Positions 26,513 to 37,605 of a DNA stretch of 64,000 bases are shown here, in pieces; position 1 is the first letter of the stretch, and every line of letters begins with the position of its first letter. The DNA is from a virus. Taxonomy: Duplodnaviria; Caudoviricetes. The notes below the pieces were generated by a model that saw only the letters and a list, made by a program, of their open reading frames with translations, searched no databases and was not told the origin of the DNA. The position numbers and the translations under genes were made by a program. The stretch covers positions 207,183 through 271,182 of IMG/VR virus record IMGVR_UViG_2974506496_000001; one strand, written 5' to 3'.

Positions 26513-27979
26513 ATGTCTATTGATCTGATCGCTTCCTTTATCGACGATTCGGGCAATGTCCCGATGACGGCGCTGACCGTGGTAAAGAAAGAGAACGACG
26601 AAGCCAACGCACAACTGCCGAAACAGGTAGCGATGCTGAAAGCCTCTAACGAACGTATCGTTGAACTTCAGTCTGTGATCGAGCGCGTACGTCGTGAAGG
26701 CATGAGCCGTGAAGTTGCCGCGATTGTTGCCTCGATTGCACCCGAAGCGCTGCCGGTTGGCTACGGTGCTGAAGGTTTCACTGAGCAACCCTCAAAGCTC
26801 GGGATGGCCGCTGGTCTGGAATCGATCACCGCCTATGTGATTGATGGCATCAAACGTCTGATCGCATTCCTGATTGATAAGGCCAAGAAAGCCGCTGCCT
26901 TTATTGTGGATCAGTATCGTCGTCTGACGGGCATTGCTCCCACTGCGTACAAGATCGATCGTCGTGCTGCTTATCTTACGGCGATGTCTGCCCGGTTTGC
27001 TCAGCACTTCGGTACGGATCTGGCGACCCTGTTAGAGCAGGATATCAATGCCGGCTTTACCAGTATCGAAAGTACCCGTATGGTATTAAGCGGAATGTTT
27101 GCTGATGCGGAAGTGCTGCAGGCGGATCTGTCTAAATATGGCAAGCACATCAATGTCATGTCCAAACAGATCGAAGCGTTACTGGCAGATGCGCCAGCAC
27201 GTGTGGTGCGGGTCAATGCGATTGTTAATGATGTCACGGTATCGCGCAATGGCAGCAACGATCGCAGTGCAGAGATCCTGCGTCTGATCGACACCCGTAA
27301 CCTCGATGCCGTGGTTAGTACGTTGCGCAGCGTCAGTAAGTTACTGGTCAGCAGCCCGATGTACAAATCCACTGGCGCCGGTAAAGACGGCAAAATCAAA
27401 CAGACTATCCTTGAGCAGTTAAACAGCGATGGTTTCCGTGAGATGATGTCCGGTCTTTCCATGGCTGCTAATGCTGGCATGACCCACACCATGGACATGA
27501 CGGATGCCTCGGCGATCATTCGCTCACGTAATCTGGCTGAGGCTGTTAAAGAGCTCACCAATTACGAAGAAGTGAAGAAGCGTTCACTGGATGACCTCAA
27601 GTCTGCTACTGGTTCGATCAACAGCAACAAATATGTGCAGGCCGCTGAACAGTCACCGGGTGATGACCCGACCATGGCAGCTGTGGTGCAGTTTAACCAA
27701 TACTGGGATGATGTCACGACCGCCGTAAAAGTGGCACAGGACATCACCACCGCCTACGCGGAGACAGTATTCAAACTGCAGCTGTTCTCGGTGCGTTGTC
27801 AGGATCTGGCGCTGGTACAGTGGTCCGCTAACCCAGCCAATGCCGGCCTGGCAGAAGCCAATGCCGCGACTGAACGTCTGCAGGCGGTGGTCAAGCAGTA
27901 TCTGGATAAGGTCGTGAAGAACACCACGGGCTTGAAAGGTGCGCTGGATGACCTCGGCAAACTGGTCAATCAACTGTAA
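26513..27979 (+). CDS. Internal head protein (protease-processed)
   Basis: YGAE and AGLE sites, then an amphipathic IKRLIAFL helix, as in phiKZ-type head paralogs. Confidence 0.7.
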   Translation: MSIDLIASFIDDSGNVPMTALTVVKKENDEANAQLPKQVAMLKASNERIVELQSVIERVRREGMSREVAAIVASIAPEALPVGYGAEGFTEQPSKLGMAAGLESITAYVIDGIKRLIAFLIDKAKKAAAFIVDQYRRLTGIAPTAYKIDRRAAYLTAMSARFAQHFGTDLATLLEQDINAGFTSIESTRMVLSGMFADAEVLQADLSKYGKHINVMSKQIEALLADAPARVVRVNAIVNDVTVSRNGSNDRSAEILRLIDTRNLDAVVSTLRSVSKLLVSSPMYKSTGAGKDGKIKQTILEQLNSDGFREMMSGLSMAANAGMTHTMDMTDASAIIRSRNLAEAVKELTNYEEVKKRSLDDLKSATGSINSNKYVQAAEQSPGDDPTMAAVVQFNQYWDDVTTAVKVAQDITTAYAETVFKLQLFSVRCQDLALVQWSANPANAGLAEANAATERLQAVVKQYLDKVVKNTTGLKGALDDLGKLVNQL

Positions 27980-27988
27980 GGAAATCGC

Positions 27989-29245
27989 ATGGAATCCACA
28001 TTACTTCAAACGATCAATGAAACCACGGAGTTGTGTGACTCTTTGATTTCGTTGTCACAACGTCTTGAGATGTTGGGTCCCATTGCTGCTGAATCCGTTA
28101 ACTTCGCAAAGATCCATGAATCGATTAACCTGAAGGTGGCGAAGATTGCCGCTTCGATGGAGTCGATTGAAGCTAACGGCATCAACCAGGAGGCGGTGTT
28201 AGAAATCAATACTGCCATGCCTGGTATCATTCCCAACACCATCCCTCTTAATGGATACACCAAAGCCCGCAGTCAGATGAATGTGGGGTTTGCCTTAGAG
28301 TCGTTGGAGTCAGGTAAAGCAGCAATGATCTCCGGTTCAGTAACAGGGATCGTGGCCGTGATCGTCAAACTGTTTCGTTGGGTTGTCATGACCATCAAGC
28401 AGTATGTCAAATCACGCCGTGATGCGAACCGTCTCGGTGTCTCTGTGACACAAGCACTGCAACGTGCGGGAACGATCAACGAATACCTGTTAGAACAGTT
28501 GGCAAAAACCCCAGAAGCCAAAGCCGCCCGTCCGGGCTTTGAATGGTTGGTATCGATCTGGCGTCCGCAGGCTGGGATCTTTAAGTTCAATGAAGATGCA
28601 CTGGTGCAGTGGTGGCCAGAACTCGTCAATGAACTGGAGTACGAATACAACCAGATCAGCAAGGCGTTTGACATGCTGCGTAGCGGTGGGTCGTTTGTCC
28701 CGAACATTGCGAAAGCGCATCAGTCCCCCTCCATGAAGCGTTTCTTTGAAGCCTTACCGCAAGGGACGGATCGTCAAGGGAACATCGTTGAGGTAGAGCT
28801 GGCGAAGAAGCAGTTTCAGGAGAACCCACAGCGTGCGTTGTTCCAGCTGGCTGAGCGTCTGCGCTACATGATCATGCGCGAGCCTAAATCAAAAGGTACT
28901 GACTTTGGGCAAGAGCTGATTTCAGTAGGTCGCAGTATTGAAGCCTACACCAATGTGGATCGTCTGGTGTTTGATCAGCTGAATACCTACGATACCAACA
29001 ATCGATTAGGGAAACTGGAAGAGGCGTTTGGTGCGTTGTATAAGCAAGTACAAGCCACACGCTACACTGCAGACAAAGCCCTGGTTGATGAGTTCGTGGG
29101 TTACCTGAACCGTTATTCAGAAAAGCTTAACTGTTTCGTGCAACTGATCACCATTGTGAGTTACCTGGATAGCTGTAGTTTCCAGATCCTTGACAATGTC
29201 TCCAAAGCCACCATGAAGTACGTTGATATTGCTGCCAGTAATTAA
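27989..29245 (+). CDS. Internal head protein (protease-processed)
   Basis: ASME, FALESLE sites; N-terminal architecture similar to 26513..27979. Confidence 0.7.
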   Translation: MESTLLQTINETTELCDSLISLSQRLEMLGPIAAESVNFAKIHESINLKVAKIAASMESIEANGINQEAVLEINTAMPGIIPNTIPLNGYTKARSQMNVGFALESLESGKAAMISGSVTGIVAVIVKLFRWVVMTIKQYVKSRRDANRLGVSVTQALQRAGTINEYLLEQLAKTPEAKAARPGFEWLVSIWRPQAGIFKFNEDALVQWWPELVNELEYEYNQISKAFDMLRSGGSFVPNIAKAHQSPSMKRFFEALPQGTDRQGNIVEVELAKKQFQENPQRALFQLAERLRYMIMREPKSKGTDFGQELISVGRSIEAYTNVDRLVFDQLNTYDTNNRLGKLEEAFGALYKQVQATRYTADKALVDEFVGYLNRYSEKLNCFVQLITIVSYLDSCSFQILDNVSKATMKYVDIAASN

Positions 29246-29247
29246 AT

Positions 29248-29299
29248 CGGCATAAAGGCCTGGCCTTCCTTGCGGAGGGCCAGAGCCTTGCTTATGCCG
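29248..29299. terminator. Bidirectional CGGCATA-hairpin-TATGCCG element
   Basis: Fully symmetric copy; the right-hand TATGCCG overlaps the last codons of the convergent gene. Confidence 0.8.
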
Positions 29300-32249
29300 T
29301 TAAGCTTGACTTCGCTGAGGTATGTTTCAGGAAGGTAATGGAGATGTCTTCTTTCACCGTTAAGGTTTCATCCGACGCCACATCTACCCGTTTCTTGATG
29401 GCACACCGCATGGTGTCATCTAATGCGGTCATGACTTTGATGTCACCGTTCACCCCGAGTGCTTTAAACTCGATGTCAACCACATCAGACGTTCGATACG
29501 GTTTCAGCGCATCAACCAGATCTGTTAGACCAAAGGTCGCCCGGGCAATCACAGCAGCAACCGCTGGACTCACTTTCGCTGACAGGTTGTCACGCAACGA
29601 GGTGTTCTTGTAACCGTTGTCGGTCATGTAGAAGGTTACGTCAAAACCAATCGCGGCGGAGATCTGACGAGACTCTCGTGCATTGGCAATCACATCGATC
29701 AAGCCCAGGGTTTGTTTCGGTCGTAACGACACCGTGGTCTTCTCAAGCAACTGCCGCTTCACCGTAACCATATCTTGCGTCACCCAGTCAACCAGATCAG
29801 AGATCACATCAGTGATGTATGTCTTATCCAGCGGGTTACCGGTAAAGTAGTAGACACCATCCAGACCCACCACATCGATCTCACGCACCACCACACGTTC
29901 ATTAAGCGGGATAGGGTTACCTTGCTCATCCGACTTAATGTCACCCACCCGATAACGATAGATGATGTTGTTATCAGCGTCATACATGATGTCGCCTTTG
30001 GCGTGCAGGATGATCGGTTGGTTGTTGCTGTCAAACACCAATTGGTTAGTGACCGCATCACGCTGATACACTGTCTCTGCATAGCGCCATGGTACATCGA
30101 CATCATACTTCTGATACTCGATGTCAGACACCACTGAACGTGACCGCTGATACAGATAGGTCAGGGCTTTGCCCATCACCACATCGTAGGACTGCTCCGT
30201 CACCACCACGAACTGCTGATCCAGGTAGAAACTCCCCAGCTTCTTATCACTGTCGCTGTACACCACATCGTTCGGTGATTTGGCCACCGCAATACAGTTC
30301 AGCAGGATGAAGTTCTTTTCCAGTACCGAGCGCAACTTAGACGGTGCATTACCAAACTGACCAAAGGAGGTCAGGATGATCTCGTCCTCGTTGGTGATGT
30401 CGAGATTACTGTCAATGTCAAACTGCCAGACACGTTCGCGGGTTGCTGTCCGACCGATCATCACGCCATTGAGGTAGCCGTAGTTGCTTTCCCCTTCTGG
30501 CATGAACAGTAACTGACACGCCACATCGCTGTCTGCCAGGTCTTTGTAGTAATCACCTGAACTCGTCACCACGGTTGCTCTAAAGCCATTGGTGGTTTTG
30601 GTAAAGGTAAAACTGTCCGCCACAAGTTCAACACCGATGGAGTTGTTCTCATAGCTGAATACCCGACCTGCTACAGAAGGACGATCCAGATCATAGACCC
30701 GAGTGGTAAACGCATCGTTATTCGCATCCAACACCATGTAGAAAGGTGAGAACATGAACACGTTGTTGTTGACCGTCAAGGCACGACTGTCTAATCCCGC
30801 ACCGTTGATCGTAGCCAGCTCCGCATCGGATACCATGTTGTAGATGCCGTTGACCAGCCGGTATAAGGCGGTCGGGGTGATGGTGATGCGATTGCCGTTG
30901 TCACGCACTGCGGTATTACTGACCAACTGCAACATCGATGACTGCAGGGTAATGATCCCGGTACCGGCCGGCGTGTTGATACCAGACTTGTTGGTCTGCG
31001 GATTCAGTGACCGTGTCGCATGGTAAATACGTTGCGTCACTGTGTCTTCTGATTTCAATGCCCCGTAGCCTAAATCGACCAGGGTTTGTGAGACCTGCGC
31101 TTCAGTAATCGGTAAGACCGTTTTATTGGCCGAATAGATCACCGCTTCCCGCAACGCTTCAACACTGAGACCGTTCACCCCACCGCTGACACCGCTGCTG
31201 ATCGACATGGTCTTTTCATTAAAGACGGTCAATGGGGTAGAGTACTTATCCAACACCCGATCTTCGTAATTGAAGTCACGGTAGACCGCACTGATTGAAG
31301 AAGACTGCAGCGCCAGCGTTTCGATAACCAGGTTACCTTTACTGGTGTAGACATCCGCCCGCACCTGACGACCCACTGCCAGATTGTTGGAGATGTAGAT
31401 TTCCGGTAGCACAACCTTCACTGAGTCTTCTAACACCTGGGCGACGAAGGTCAGCTTGGTGTTGTCATAGACCAGGTCATCATGGGTGACGTACGCCTCT
31501 TCCCACTCATCGGTCACATTCGCCCGCGTAAAGACGCGCAGGTAATAGAACTGATCACCTTTTAATGGATAGGTATTGCGATACCCACTCATGCTGGTAA
31601 TCTGACCGTAATAAGGCTGGGCTTTGAACTGACGTAAAGGTACCGTGATGTAGAGCAGTTCAACCCCGTTGAAGATCGCAGTGCGCCAGGTTAACTGGTT
31701 GGTTTCAACCGTCAGTAACGGGCTGGGTTGCGACACATCGTACACCACCACAAAGCCGCCATGTTTCATCACCCGGATTTCAATCGGATACTCCAGACTG
31801 AAGGTGACATCCATCACCGTGATTTCCGTGTTGCGCGGAATCACCATCTTCGAGTAGATGCTGTCGATGTCATCGCTACCACTGCTGTCGAGTTGCACCG
31901 CTCGTGCCCGAATCTCATCGGCATTGAAAATGAAGTTGGTGGTGATACGTGACGGAGTACAGAAACGGTTCTTGTAATCCTCATCACTCATGTTGCGATA
32001 CAGATCTTCATACGTCCGCGCCATCTTCGGGTAGTACGCCGTATAAAGGTCTTCATGGTTTTGCATCACCGCTGAACCGGTCAGGGCAACCAGCTCAAAA
32101 GCAAACATCGCAGGGTTGGTGGCATTCATGATATCAATCGTGCCGTCCATGTTTTGGTCTAACAGATCGAGTGTGTAGTCCATCATCAACGATGGATCAT
32201 TACGCAGGTCGATCATTTTCTGTTTACGTACGTCGATGCTGTCGCTCAT
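29292..32249 (-). CDS. Baseplate wedge-like structural protein (phiKZ gp87-like position)
   Basis: 985 aa; SGGVNGLSVEALREAVI...PITEAQ resembles the baseplate J/T4 gp6 motif; synteny. Confidence 0.6.
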   Translation of the reverse strand: MSDSIDVRKQKMIDLRNDPSLMMDYTLDLLDQNMDGTIDIMNATNPAMFAFELVALTGSAVMQNHEDLYTAYYPKMARTYEDLYRNMSDEDYKNRFCTPSRITTNFIFNADEIRARAVQLDSSGSDDIDSIYSKMVIPRNTEITVMDVTFSLEYPIEIRVMKHGGFVVVYDVSQPSPLLTVETNQLTWRTAIFNGVELLYITVPLRQFKAQPYYGQITSMSGYRNTYPLKGDQFYYLRVFTRANVTDEWEEAYVTHDDLVYDNTKLTFVAQVLEDSVKVVLPEIYISNNLAVGRQVRADVYTSKGNLVIETLALQSSSISAVYRDFNYEDRVLDKYSTPLTVFNEKTMSISSGVSGGVNGLSVEALREAVIYSANKTVLPITEAQVSQTLVDLGYGALKSEDTVTQRIYHATRSLNPQTNKSGINTPAGTGIITLQSSMLQLVSNTAVRDNGNRITITPTALYRLVNGIYNMVSDAELATINGAGLDSRALTVNNNVFMFSPFYMVLDANNDAFTTRVYDLDRPSVAGRVFSYENNSIGVELVADSFTFTKTTNGFRATVVTSSGDYYKDLADSDVACQLLFMPEGESNYGYLNGVMIGRTATRERVWQFDIDSNLDITNEDEIILTSFGQFGNAPSKLRSVLEKNFILLNCIAVAKSPNDVVYSDSDKKLGSFYLDQQFVVVTEQSYDVVMGKALTYLYQRSRSVVSDIEYQKYDVDVPWRYAETVYQRDAVTNQLVFDSNNQPIILHAKGDIMYDADNNIIYRYRVGDIKSDEQGNPIPLNERVVVREIDVVGLDGVYYFTGNPLDKTYITDVISDLVDWVTQDMVTVKRQLLEKTTVSLRPKQTLGLIDVIANARESRQISAAIGFDVTFYMTDNGYKNTSLRDNLSAKVSPAVAAVIARATFGLTDLVDALKPYRTSDVVDIEFKALGVNGDIKVMTALDDTMRCAIKKRVDVASDETLTVKEDISITFLKHTSAKSSLTA

Positions 32250-32258
32250 CGTAGCCTC

Positions 32259-33284
32259 TTATTTTTGATCCTTCGGAACCCACCACTGGAATTCGTTCGT
32301 CATCACGTCGATATAAGGATAACCAATAAAGTTGTAGCGCTGCATTTCACCCGGGGAGATTTTGCGGAAGAACGTGTTACGGTTTGCGGCTTTCATCTGC
32401 GGGTTAAATAACTCGACACAACTGTTGAAATCCAGGATCAGGGATTGCGTGTTATAGCGCCAGCCCACACACTGCCAGTTACAACTGATTTGGTTATTGT
32501 TCTTGATCAGTGGGGTGTCTTTGGTGGTGCCAAAGTCAAACGCATTACCAATCGGGTTGGTGGTACAGATTGCTGCGTAGGGTGCACCGATCTTCGTCAC
32601 ATAGCGTGAAGTCTGATCCAGGATGATGCGATAGAAGCGCATGGTGTAATCAATATAGTTGTTAACAATGGCGTCCCAATAGGGAACCATGTCGCCAAGG
32701 TATACCGATGAGCTGTACGTTTGCAGCAGATCCAGAATCATGGTGATCGGGTCACCTGAGATGTTGGTGTGCGTTGATGTCACCTGATAGGCTTCATTAA
32801 ACTCCGATTGCCCATCGACCATCGACCAGGTTTCTTTACGTGAGCCTGGTGGTGCAGTAAAGGTATCGATCACGATATCGGGAAAACCGGTCATCGATTC
32901 CAGGGTGTTTGATAAAATGGACACGAAGGCCTGTTGGTTATCAAACAGTCTGGAGTAGCTTTTTCGATCAATTGTGCCGGTCGCATCAAACATCGAACGG
33001 ATCGCACCAGGGATCGTATCGGCGTTGTTTGAAGCAAGCGAAAGCAGCTTTTCTTGTCGATTCAGATTATCGTATGACAGGTTAAGGATTGGGCGTGTGA
33101 AAAAGGTATACCCCATGACGTCTTTGTTGATGGGTAGAAAGGCGCTACGGTTACTGAATTTGTTCAAACCCCAATAGTTATGCGCAAGCGATGAGGTTAC
33201 ACTACCATACCCGGACTCCCTTGCAGCCGAGTCAATACTCTCGGTCCACAACCCAGGATTGTAGTCGTCATTGTCATTGGCCAT
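32259..33284 (-). CDS. Tail/baseplate structural protein (phiKZ gp88-like position)
   Basis: 341 aa, YTFFTRPILNLS; operon with the wedge-like gene. Confidence 0.55.
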   Translation of the reverse strand: MANDNDDYNPGLWTESIDSAARESGYGSVTSSLAHNYWGLNKFSNRSAFLPINKDVMGYTFFTRPILNLSYDNLNRQEKLLSLASNNADTIPGAIRSMFDATGTIDRKSYSRLFDNQQAFVSILSNTLESMTGFPDIVIDTFTAPPGSRKETWSMVDGQSEFNEAYQVTSTHTNISGDPITMILDLLQTYSSSVYLGDMVPYWDAIVNNYIDYTMRFYRIILDQTSRYVTKIGAPYAAICTTNPIGNAFDFGTTKDTPLIKNNNQISCNWQCVGWRYNTQSLILDFNSCVELFNPQMKAANRNTFFRKISPGEMQRYNFIGYPYIDVMTNEFQWWVPKDQK

Positions 33285-33337
33285 TACTCATCACCTCTTT
33301 GAAATAGAATATCCGTTGAATCCATAGGAGTACTTTT

Positions 33338-34504
33338 ATGTTACCATTAGTTACGGGGGCGATTACACTGGCCAGTTCGCTTGCGCTTGTCGCCGAACGT
33401 ATTCTGGCAGCCAAGAAAGCTGCTGGTGAAGTCGCTGGTACTGTTGACAATACGTTGGCCACGTTAGGCCAGATGGGCACACGTGATTTGGTAACCTTTA
33501 CCAAAGTGACCCGCATGGAACCTCTGGTGTTGTTAGATGATCGTTTGAAGTTTGATCCTTCGACCCCTGAGATCCTGCAAGTACTGACCAGTTTGATTGC
33601 CGGCTACTATACCCAGGCGTTTGCCCTGCTGGGCCAGGTCGACGGTATTGACGTCATTGGCACCCTGGATAAGCTGAACCCGTCACGTACTGGTATTGGC
33701 CTGAACAACTTTGAAGGTGATCTTGAGAAAGACGGCCTCCATAAATTTAGTAACCAGTCAAATACCCCTCTCTATAGTATCGGGCTGGAAGCACTGACTG
33801 AAGTGCAGAGCGCTGAGAACAAGCCGGTTAAAATCCAGACCGATAAAAATGTCGTGGCTGATATTTCGGCACCGACTAACCTGGCGCTGGGTAAGATGAT
33901 CAAGGTGACCTTGTCAGCTAATGGCAACACCATTGAGATCCCAATCACCATCCGTGTGAAACCTGTCACCACCGGTAGCGATGCCGTCACGGCGATTCTG
34001 GCTATTGGTACCACGAAGAACACTGTGGCTGAGCGCTGGAACCGTTTCAAAGCTGGTGAGCTGACCTTCACTAACCTGGCCACTGGCGATGACGTGATTC
34101 GTCAACACAAGAAGATCCTGGTGCAGGATACCTCGGGCTTCTATGCCGAGATCACCCGTCGTGCCCGTGGTAATGCGAAGAAAGGCGCCCTGTCCGGTAA
34201 CCTGTCGCTGGCTACGGATTCTAACGTGGTAATGATCTCTTCAGCCACGGCGCTGGATGTGGGTCGCGAGCTCGGCGGTGAACTGTCCAACTTCCGTATC
34301 CGTGAAGCGATGTTCGCCAAGGTGTACTCTAACATGCTGATCATCGTGGATGACCTGCGTGGCATGGTCTCCTTCTACTACCGCGGTGAGTCATTACCAA
34401 ACGTGCTGTCGCTGCAGGATATCAAACTGTATAACAAAGGCAGCGGTCCAGACATCATGTCGATCTTCAGTGCGTTTGCTGAAAACAAAATCCCTTCCCT
34501 TTAA
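33338..34504 (+). CDS. Inner-body/internal head protein (phiKZ gp89-like)
   Basis: AGGAG RBS; TRMEPLVLLD; IGLE site; synteny. Confidence 0.65.
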   Translation: MLPLVTGAITLASSLALVAERILAAKKAAGEVAGTVDNTLATLGQMGTRDLVTFTKVTRMEPLVLLDDRLKFDPSTPEILQVLTSLIAGYYTQAFALLGQVDGIDVIGTLDKLNPSRTGIGLNNFEGDLEKDGLHKFSNQSNTPLYSIGLEALTEVQSAENKPVKIQTDKNVVADISAPTNLALGKMIKVTLSANGNTIEIPITIRVKPVTTGSDAVTAILAIGTTKNTVAERWNRFKAGELTFTNLATGDDVIRQHKKILVQDTSGFYAEITRRARGNAKKGALSGNLSLATDSNVVMISSATALDVGRELGGELSNFRIREAMFAKVYSNMLIIVDDLRGMVSFYYRGESLPNVLSLQDIKLYNKGSGPDIMSIFSAFAENKIPSL

Positions 34505-34516
34505 GGATCTCGTTCG

Positions 34517-35410
34517 ATGAACATTTTTAACTACGTCAAAGGCCTGATTGGTACGGTTGACAAACGCGATGTCCTAAGCGAGATCGATGCCCTGCGTGAT
34601 GAGCTCACCCGGTTCACCATTAACAACTATGCGAAAGCCATGGATGTTAATGTCAACACCGACGGCAGTAATTACTACGTAAAACAGATCAGCCGTGAAT
34701 TCGCGAAAGTGAAACAGGTTGAAGGTTTACGTGGTCAGAACCTGATCGCTCAAACGTACATCTCCTTAAAGCAGCTGACCCTGACCCTGGAGTGGATGCG
34801 CAAACAGGTTGAGCGTGAGTACGGCGGTCGTATTGCCCGTGAAGCCGTTGACTTTAAACAAGCCAACTTCCTGCGCTATATCGACTCGATCGACTTCTAC
34901 CTGCGTTACGCTCGCTCCATGCTGCTCGTGGTGACGTCCCTGAATGCTAACCCATCAGCGGATATCACTAAAGGCTTCACGGTGCATGAGATCCGTTTCC
35001 TGACCGATACTGCTGTGCACTTCATCTACCTGACCTCGCTGTTCTCACAGCCGGTGAGTGTGACTGAGAAAGTGTTCGATGCGGTGCCATCGGTTGTGGT
35101 CTCCGATGCGGATCAGCAAGCGATCGAAGCAGTACTGGGTAACAAGACTGATGTGGCGAGGTCTAACTTCATCCCATTGGGTTACAACCCGTTCTTCCTG
35201 ATTGGTCGTCTGCGTGCTGAACGTCGTGTGAAACGCCTGCGGGCAGCTGAAGCGGCAGCCATTGCCACTGAGCTGACCTTGAGCAAGCTCATGGACAAAC
35301 AAGCAGGCGGGTCAGAAGACCCCACCATTCAGAAACAAATTGATCATTATCAGAATCAGTTGAACCGACTGAACTTTGAGATCGATCAGATCAAATCCGA
35401 AGTCGAGTAA
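34517..35410 (+). CDS. Inner-body/internal head protein (phiKZ gp90-like)
   Basis: 297 aa, YNPFFLIG, C-terminal coiled coil; synteny. Confidence 0.65.
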   Translation: MNIFNYVKGLIGTVDKRDVLSEIDALRDELTRFTINNYAKAMDVNVNTDGSNYYVKQISREFAKVKQVEGLRGQNLIAQTYISLKQLTLTLEWMRKQVEREYGGRIAREAVDFKQANFLRYIDSIDFYLRYARSMLLVVTSLNANPSADITKGFTVHEIRFLTDTAVHFIYLTSLFSQPVSVTEKVFDAVPSVVVSDADQQAIEAVLGNKTDVARSNFIPLGYNPFFLIGRLRAERRVKRLRAAEAAAIATELTLSKLMDKQAGGSEDPTIQKQIDHYQNQLNRLNFEIDQIKSEVE

Positions 35411-35420
35411 GGAGTCCGTC

Positions 35421-35960
35421 ATGGCAGATCGTGTTAGTACTGGTGCAGAGATTATCTACGGCACCGGCTTTACCTCCCATGGCGGCCCAGGACAGCAAGG
35501 CGTAAAGATCAACGTCGACAACAACGTCATTGATCTTTACCAGCGTTTGGCAGGCAACATCACGCTCGCCGGTAACTTTAACTTCCGAAAAGAAGTGTGT
35601 GTTACTGCTGCACGACTGTTACTGCCATTGCCAAACTGGCTCCTGGCCACCCGTAGTAATTACCTGCACTCCAAACACGCGCTGTTGTTCGCCCGTGACC
35701 TGGGGTTGATTGCGATGGGTAAGAGTCCGGACATGAGTGTGATGACGCGCATGCGTCTGTTTTCACCCAGTTCTGTGAAGTCCAACCCGGGTGAGCTGAA
35801 TGCGTCGAATTACGATGCACTCTCGTTGATCCCTAATAAGTTCATTGATGAGCTGCGTACCTATTCCAATGGTGCACAGCTGGCTAACCTGACCCGCGAC
35901 GCACAGCATGTGAAAGACCTGGTCACGTCATTATATGTCATGTTTGGTTCTGTTGAATAA
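35421..35960 (+). CDS. Virion head-module protein
   Basis: ATG 35421 with AAGGAG RBS. Confidence 0.65.
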   Translation: MADRVSTGAEIIYGTGFTSHGGPGQQGVKINVDNNVIDLYQRLAGNITLAGNFNFRKEVCVTAARLLLPLPNWLLATRSNYLHSKHALLFARDLGLIAMGKSPDMSVMTRMRLFSPSSVKSNPGELNASNYDALSLIPNKFIDELRTYSNGAQLANLTRDAQHVKDLVTSLYVMFGSVE

Positions 35961-35997
35961 CAGGCCTCAAAATCGGAATGTAGAGGATACGTAAAAA

Positions 35998-37587
35998 ATG
36001 AGTAAAGCATACCTCCATACCCTGCTGACTGCAGGTAATGAAGCGTTTGATGCAGCCGGCGAACCAGTGGGTGTGACTGTGGTTGATGCCCCGATCGAAG
36101 TGCCTGTTGTTGCAGACCCAGCAGTTGAGCCAGAAGCCCCAGCGGTAACTGATGCGCCAGTGGTTACGCAGGACCCGGTTGAGCCTGATCCAGAACCAGC
36201 AGCGGTCGTCGTTGCCATCAACGAAGATGAGAAAGAGCTGGTCATTGCGTCTACTGAAGCGGCTGCGGCCGAAGTGGTTGTGATCGAATCTGATTGCGCG
36301 CTGGAAGAAGTTGAAGACCTGCTCGACGACCAGATCCAGGTTGTAGCGGAAACTGAAAACATCGTCGCCTCTATGGAATCGTTCGTCGGTTCTGCGATGA
36401 CCATGCAGGATGCGCAAGCCCTGCAGCAGTGGGTGCATAACGCCACCCGTGGTCAATATGACCAAGCTAAAGTTGTCGGCTCTCTGGAAGCGTTCGGTAA
36501 CGACGTCTCTACCGATGATGCGCTGAACGCTGGCCTGGAAGGGATCGGCGAGTTCCTGAAAGCTGCCCGTAATAAAGCAGCTGATCTGCGTAAAGTCATG
36601 GTTGCGCGCTGGAACGCTTTCTTCAAAGATGTGTTCGTGGGCTTTGATAAAGTTGCACGTCGTGCTGATGCGCTGGGTAAACTGGCGAAAGGTACTTCAG
36701 GCGAATCCAACTCCTCTACTATTCAGCTGCCGCTGGATACGGCCTGGCGTCTGGTGAAAGATGGTAAGGTTTCTCAGAACCTGCCGAAAGATCTGGGTGA
36801 CCTGGGTAAATTTGCCAAGGCGGTCTTTAAAGACAACCCGGAAGCGCTGCTGGTGCATCGTAAGAAACTGGTTGACATCGCTGTTCGTCTGTCTACTGCT
36901 GACTATGACGACGCACTGAAGATCGGCAAAGAGCTGGTGAACTTCGAACTGCCAAGCGTTGGCGTGTGCAAAACCAAAGTGGTCAACAACTCCAACACGG
37001 TTGATGTGTATCGCTCTGATGAGTTCCTGGGTGCGCTGTCTATTTTCTATTGCAAGCCTGTTGACAAAATCAATGCGCAGTTACCACTGCCGCGTCAGCT
37101 GTCTGACAAGTTCAACTCCATCATCGCGATCGATGTGAGCGTGTCTGAAACCGGTAAGAAAACACCGAAGCTGGATGTCTCTATTGATACCCTGCAACCG
37201 GCTGAAATCGCCAAAGTGGCTGATGATGTCAACGCTATCCTGGGCGACATCCGTCAGTACCGCACCAACTACGGTGAGTGGTATGCGGCGAACAGCGATC
37301 TGGATCGTGTGATCGGTATCCTGGCGAACGTACCGTGGTCTGGCGATGCTGGCACCACTACTGTCGACAGCACCACTGATGCCGAGGGTAATACCTCAAC
37401 CATCGTGAACATCATCGGTCTGAACCGCGACCTGGCGGATGTGATTGAAGGCATGCATGACATGTATAGCTACCTGTCTGTAAGCCCGATCCGTGTCCTG
37501 TCTGCCGAACTGCTGCCAATCCTGAACCGTGCACTGGAAGTGGGTGAGCGTTCTCTGGCAACCTACAGCGACAACAACCTGGCGTAA
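35998..37587 (+). CDS. Internal head protein, paralog family (phiKZ gp93-like / SPN3US gp53-54-like)
   Basis: Acidic propeptide with AGNE, ASME, GSLE, AGLE sites. Confidence 0.75.
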   Translation: MSKAYLHTLLTAGNEAFDAAGEPVGVTVVDAPIEVPVVADPAVEPEAPAVTDAPVVTQDPVEPDPEPAAVVVAINEDEKELVIASTEAAAAEVVVIESDCALEEVEDLLDDQIQVVAETENIVASMESFVGSAMTMQDAQALQQWVHNATRGQYDQAKVVGSLEAFGNDVSTDDALNAGLEGIGEFLKAARNKAADLRKVMVARWNAFFKDVFVGFDKVARRADALGKLAKGTSGESNSSTIQLPLDTAWRLVKDGKVSQNLPKDLGDLGKFAKAVFKDNPEALLVHRKKLVDIAVRLSTADYDDALKIGKELVNFELPSVGVCKTKVVNNSNTVDVYRSDEFLGALSIFYCKPVDKINAQLPLPRQLSDKFNSIIAIDVSVSETGKKTPKLDVSIDTLQPAEIAKVADDVNAILGDIRQYRTNYGEWYAANSDLDRVIGILANVPWSGDAGTTTVDSTTDAEGNTSTIVNIIGLNRDLADVIEGMHDMYSYLSVSPIRVLSAELLPILNRALEVGERSLATYSDNNLA

Positions 37588-37605
37588 CCGTCATAAGGCA
37601 AAGAG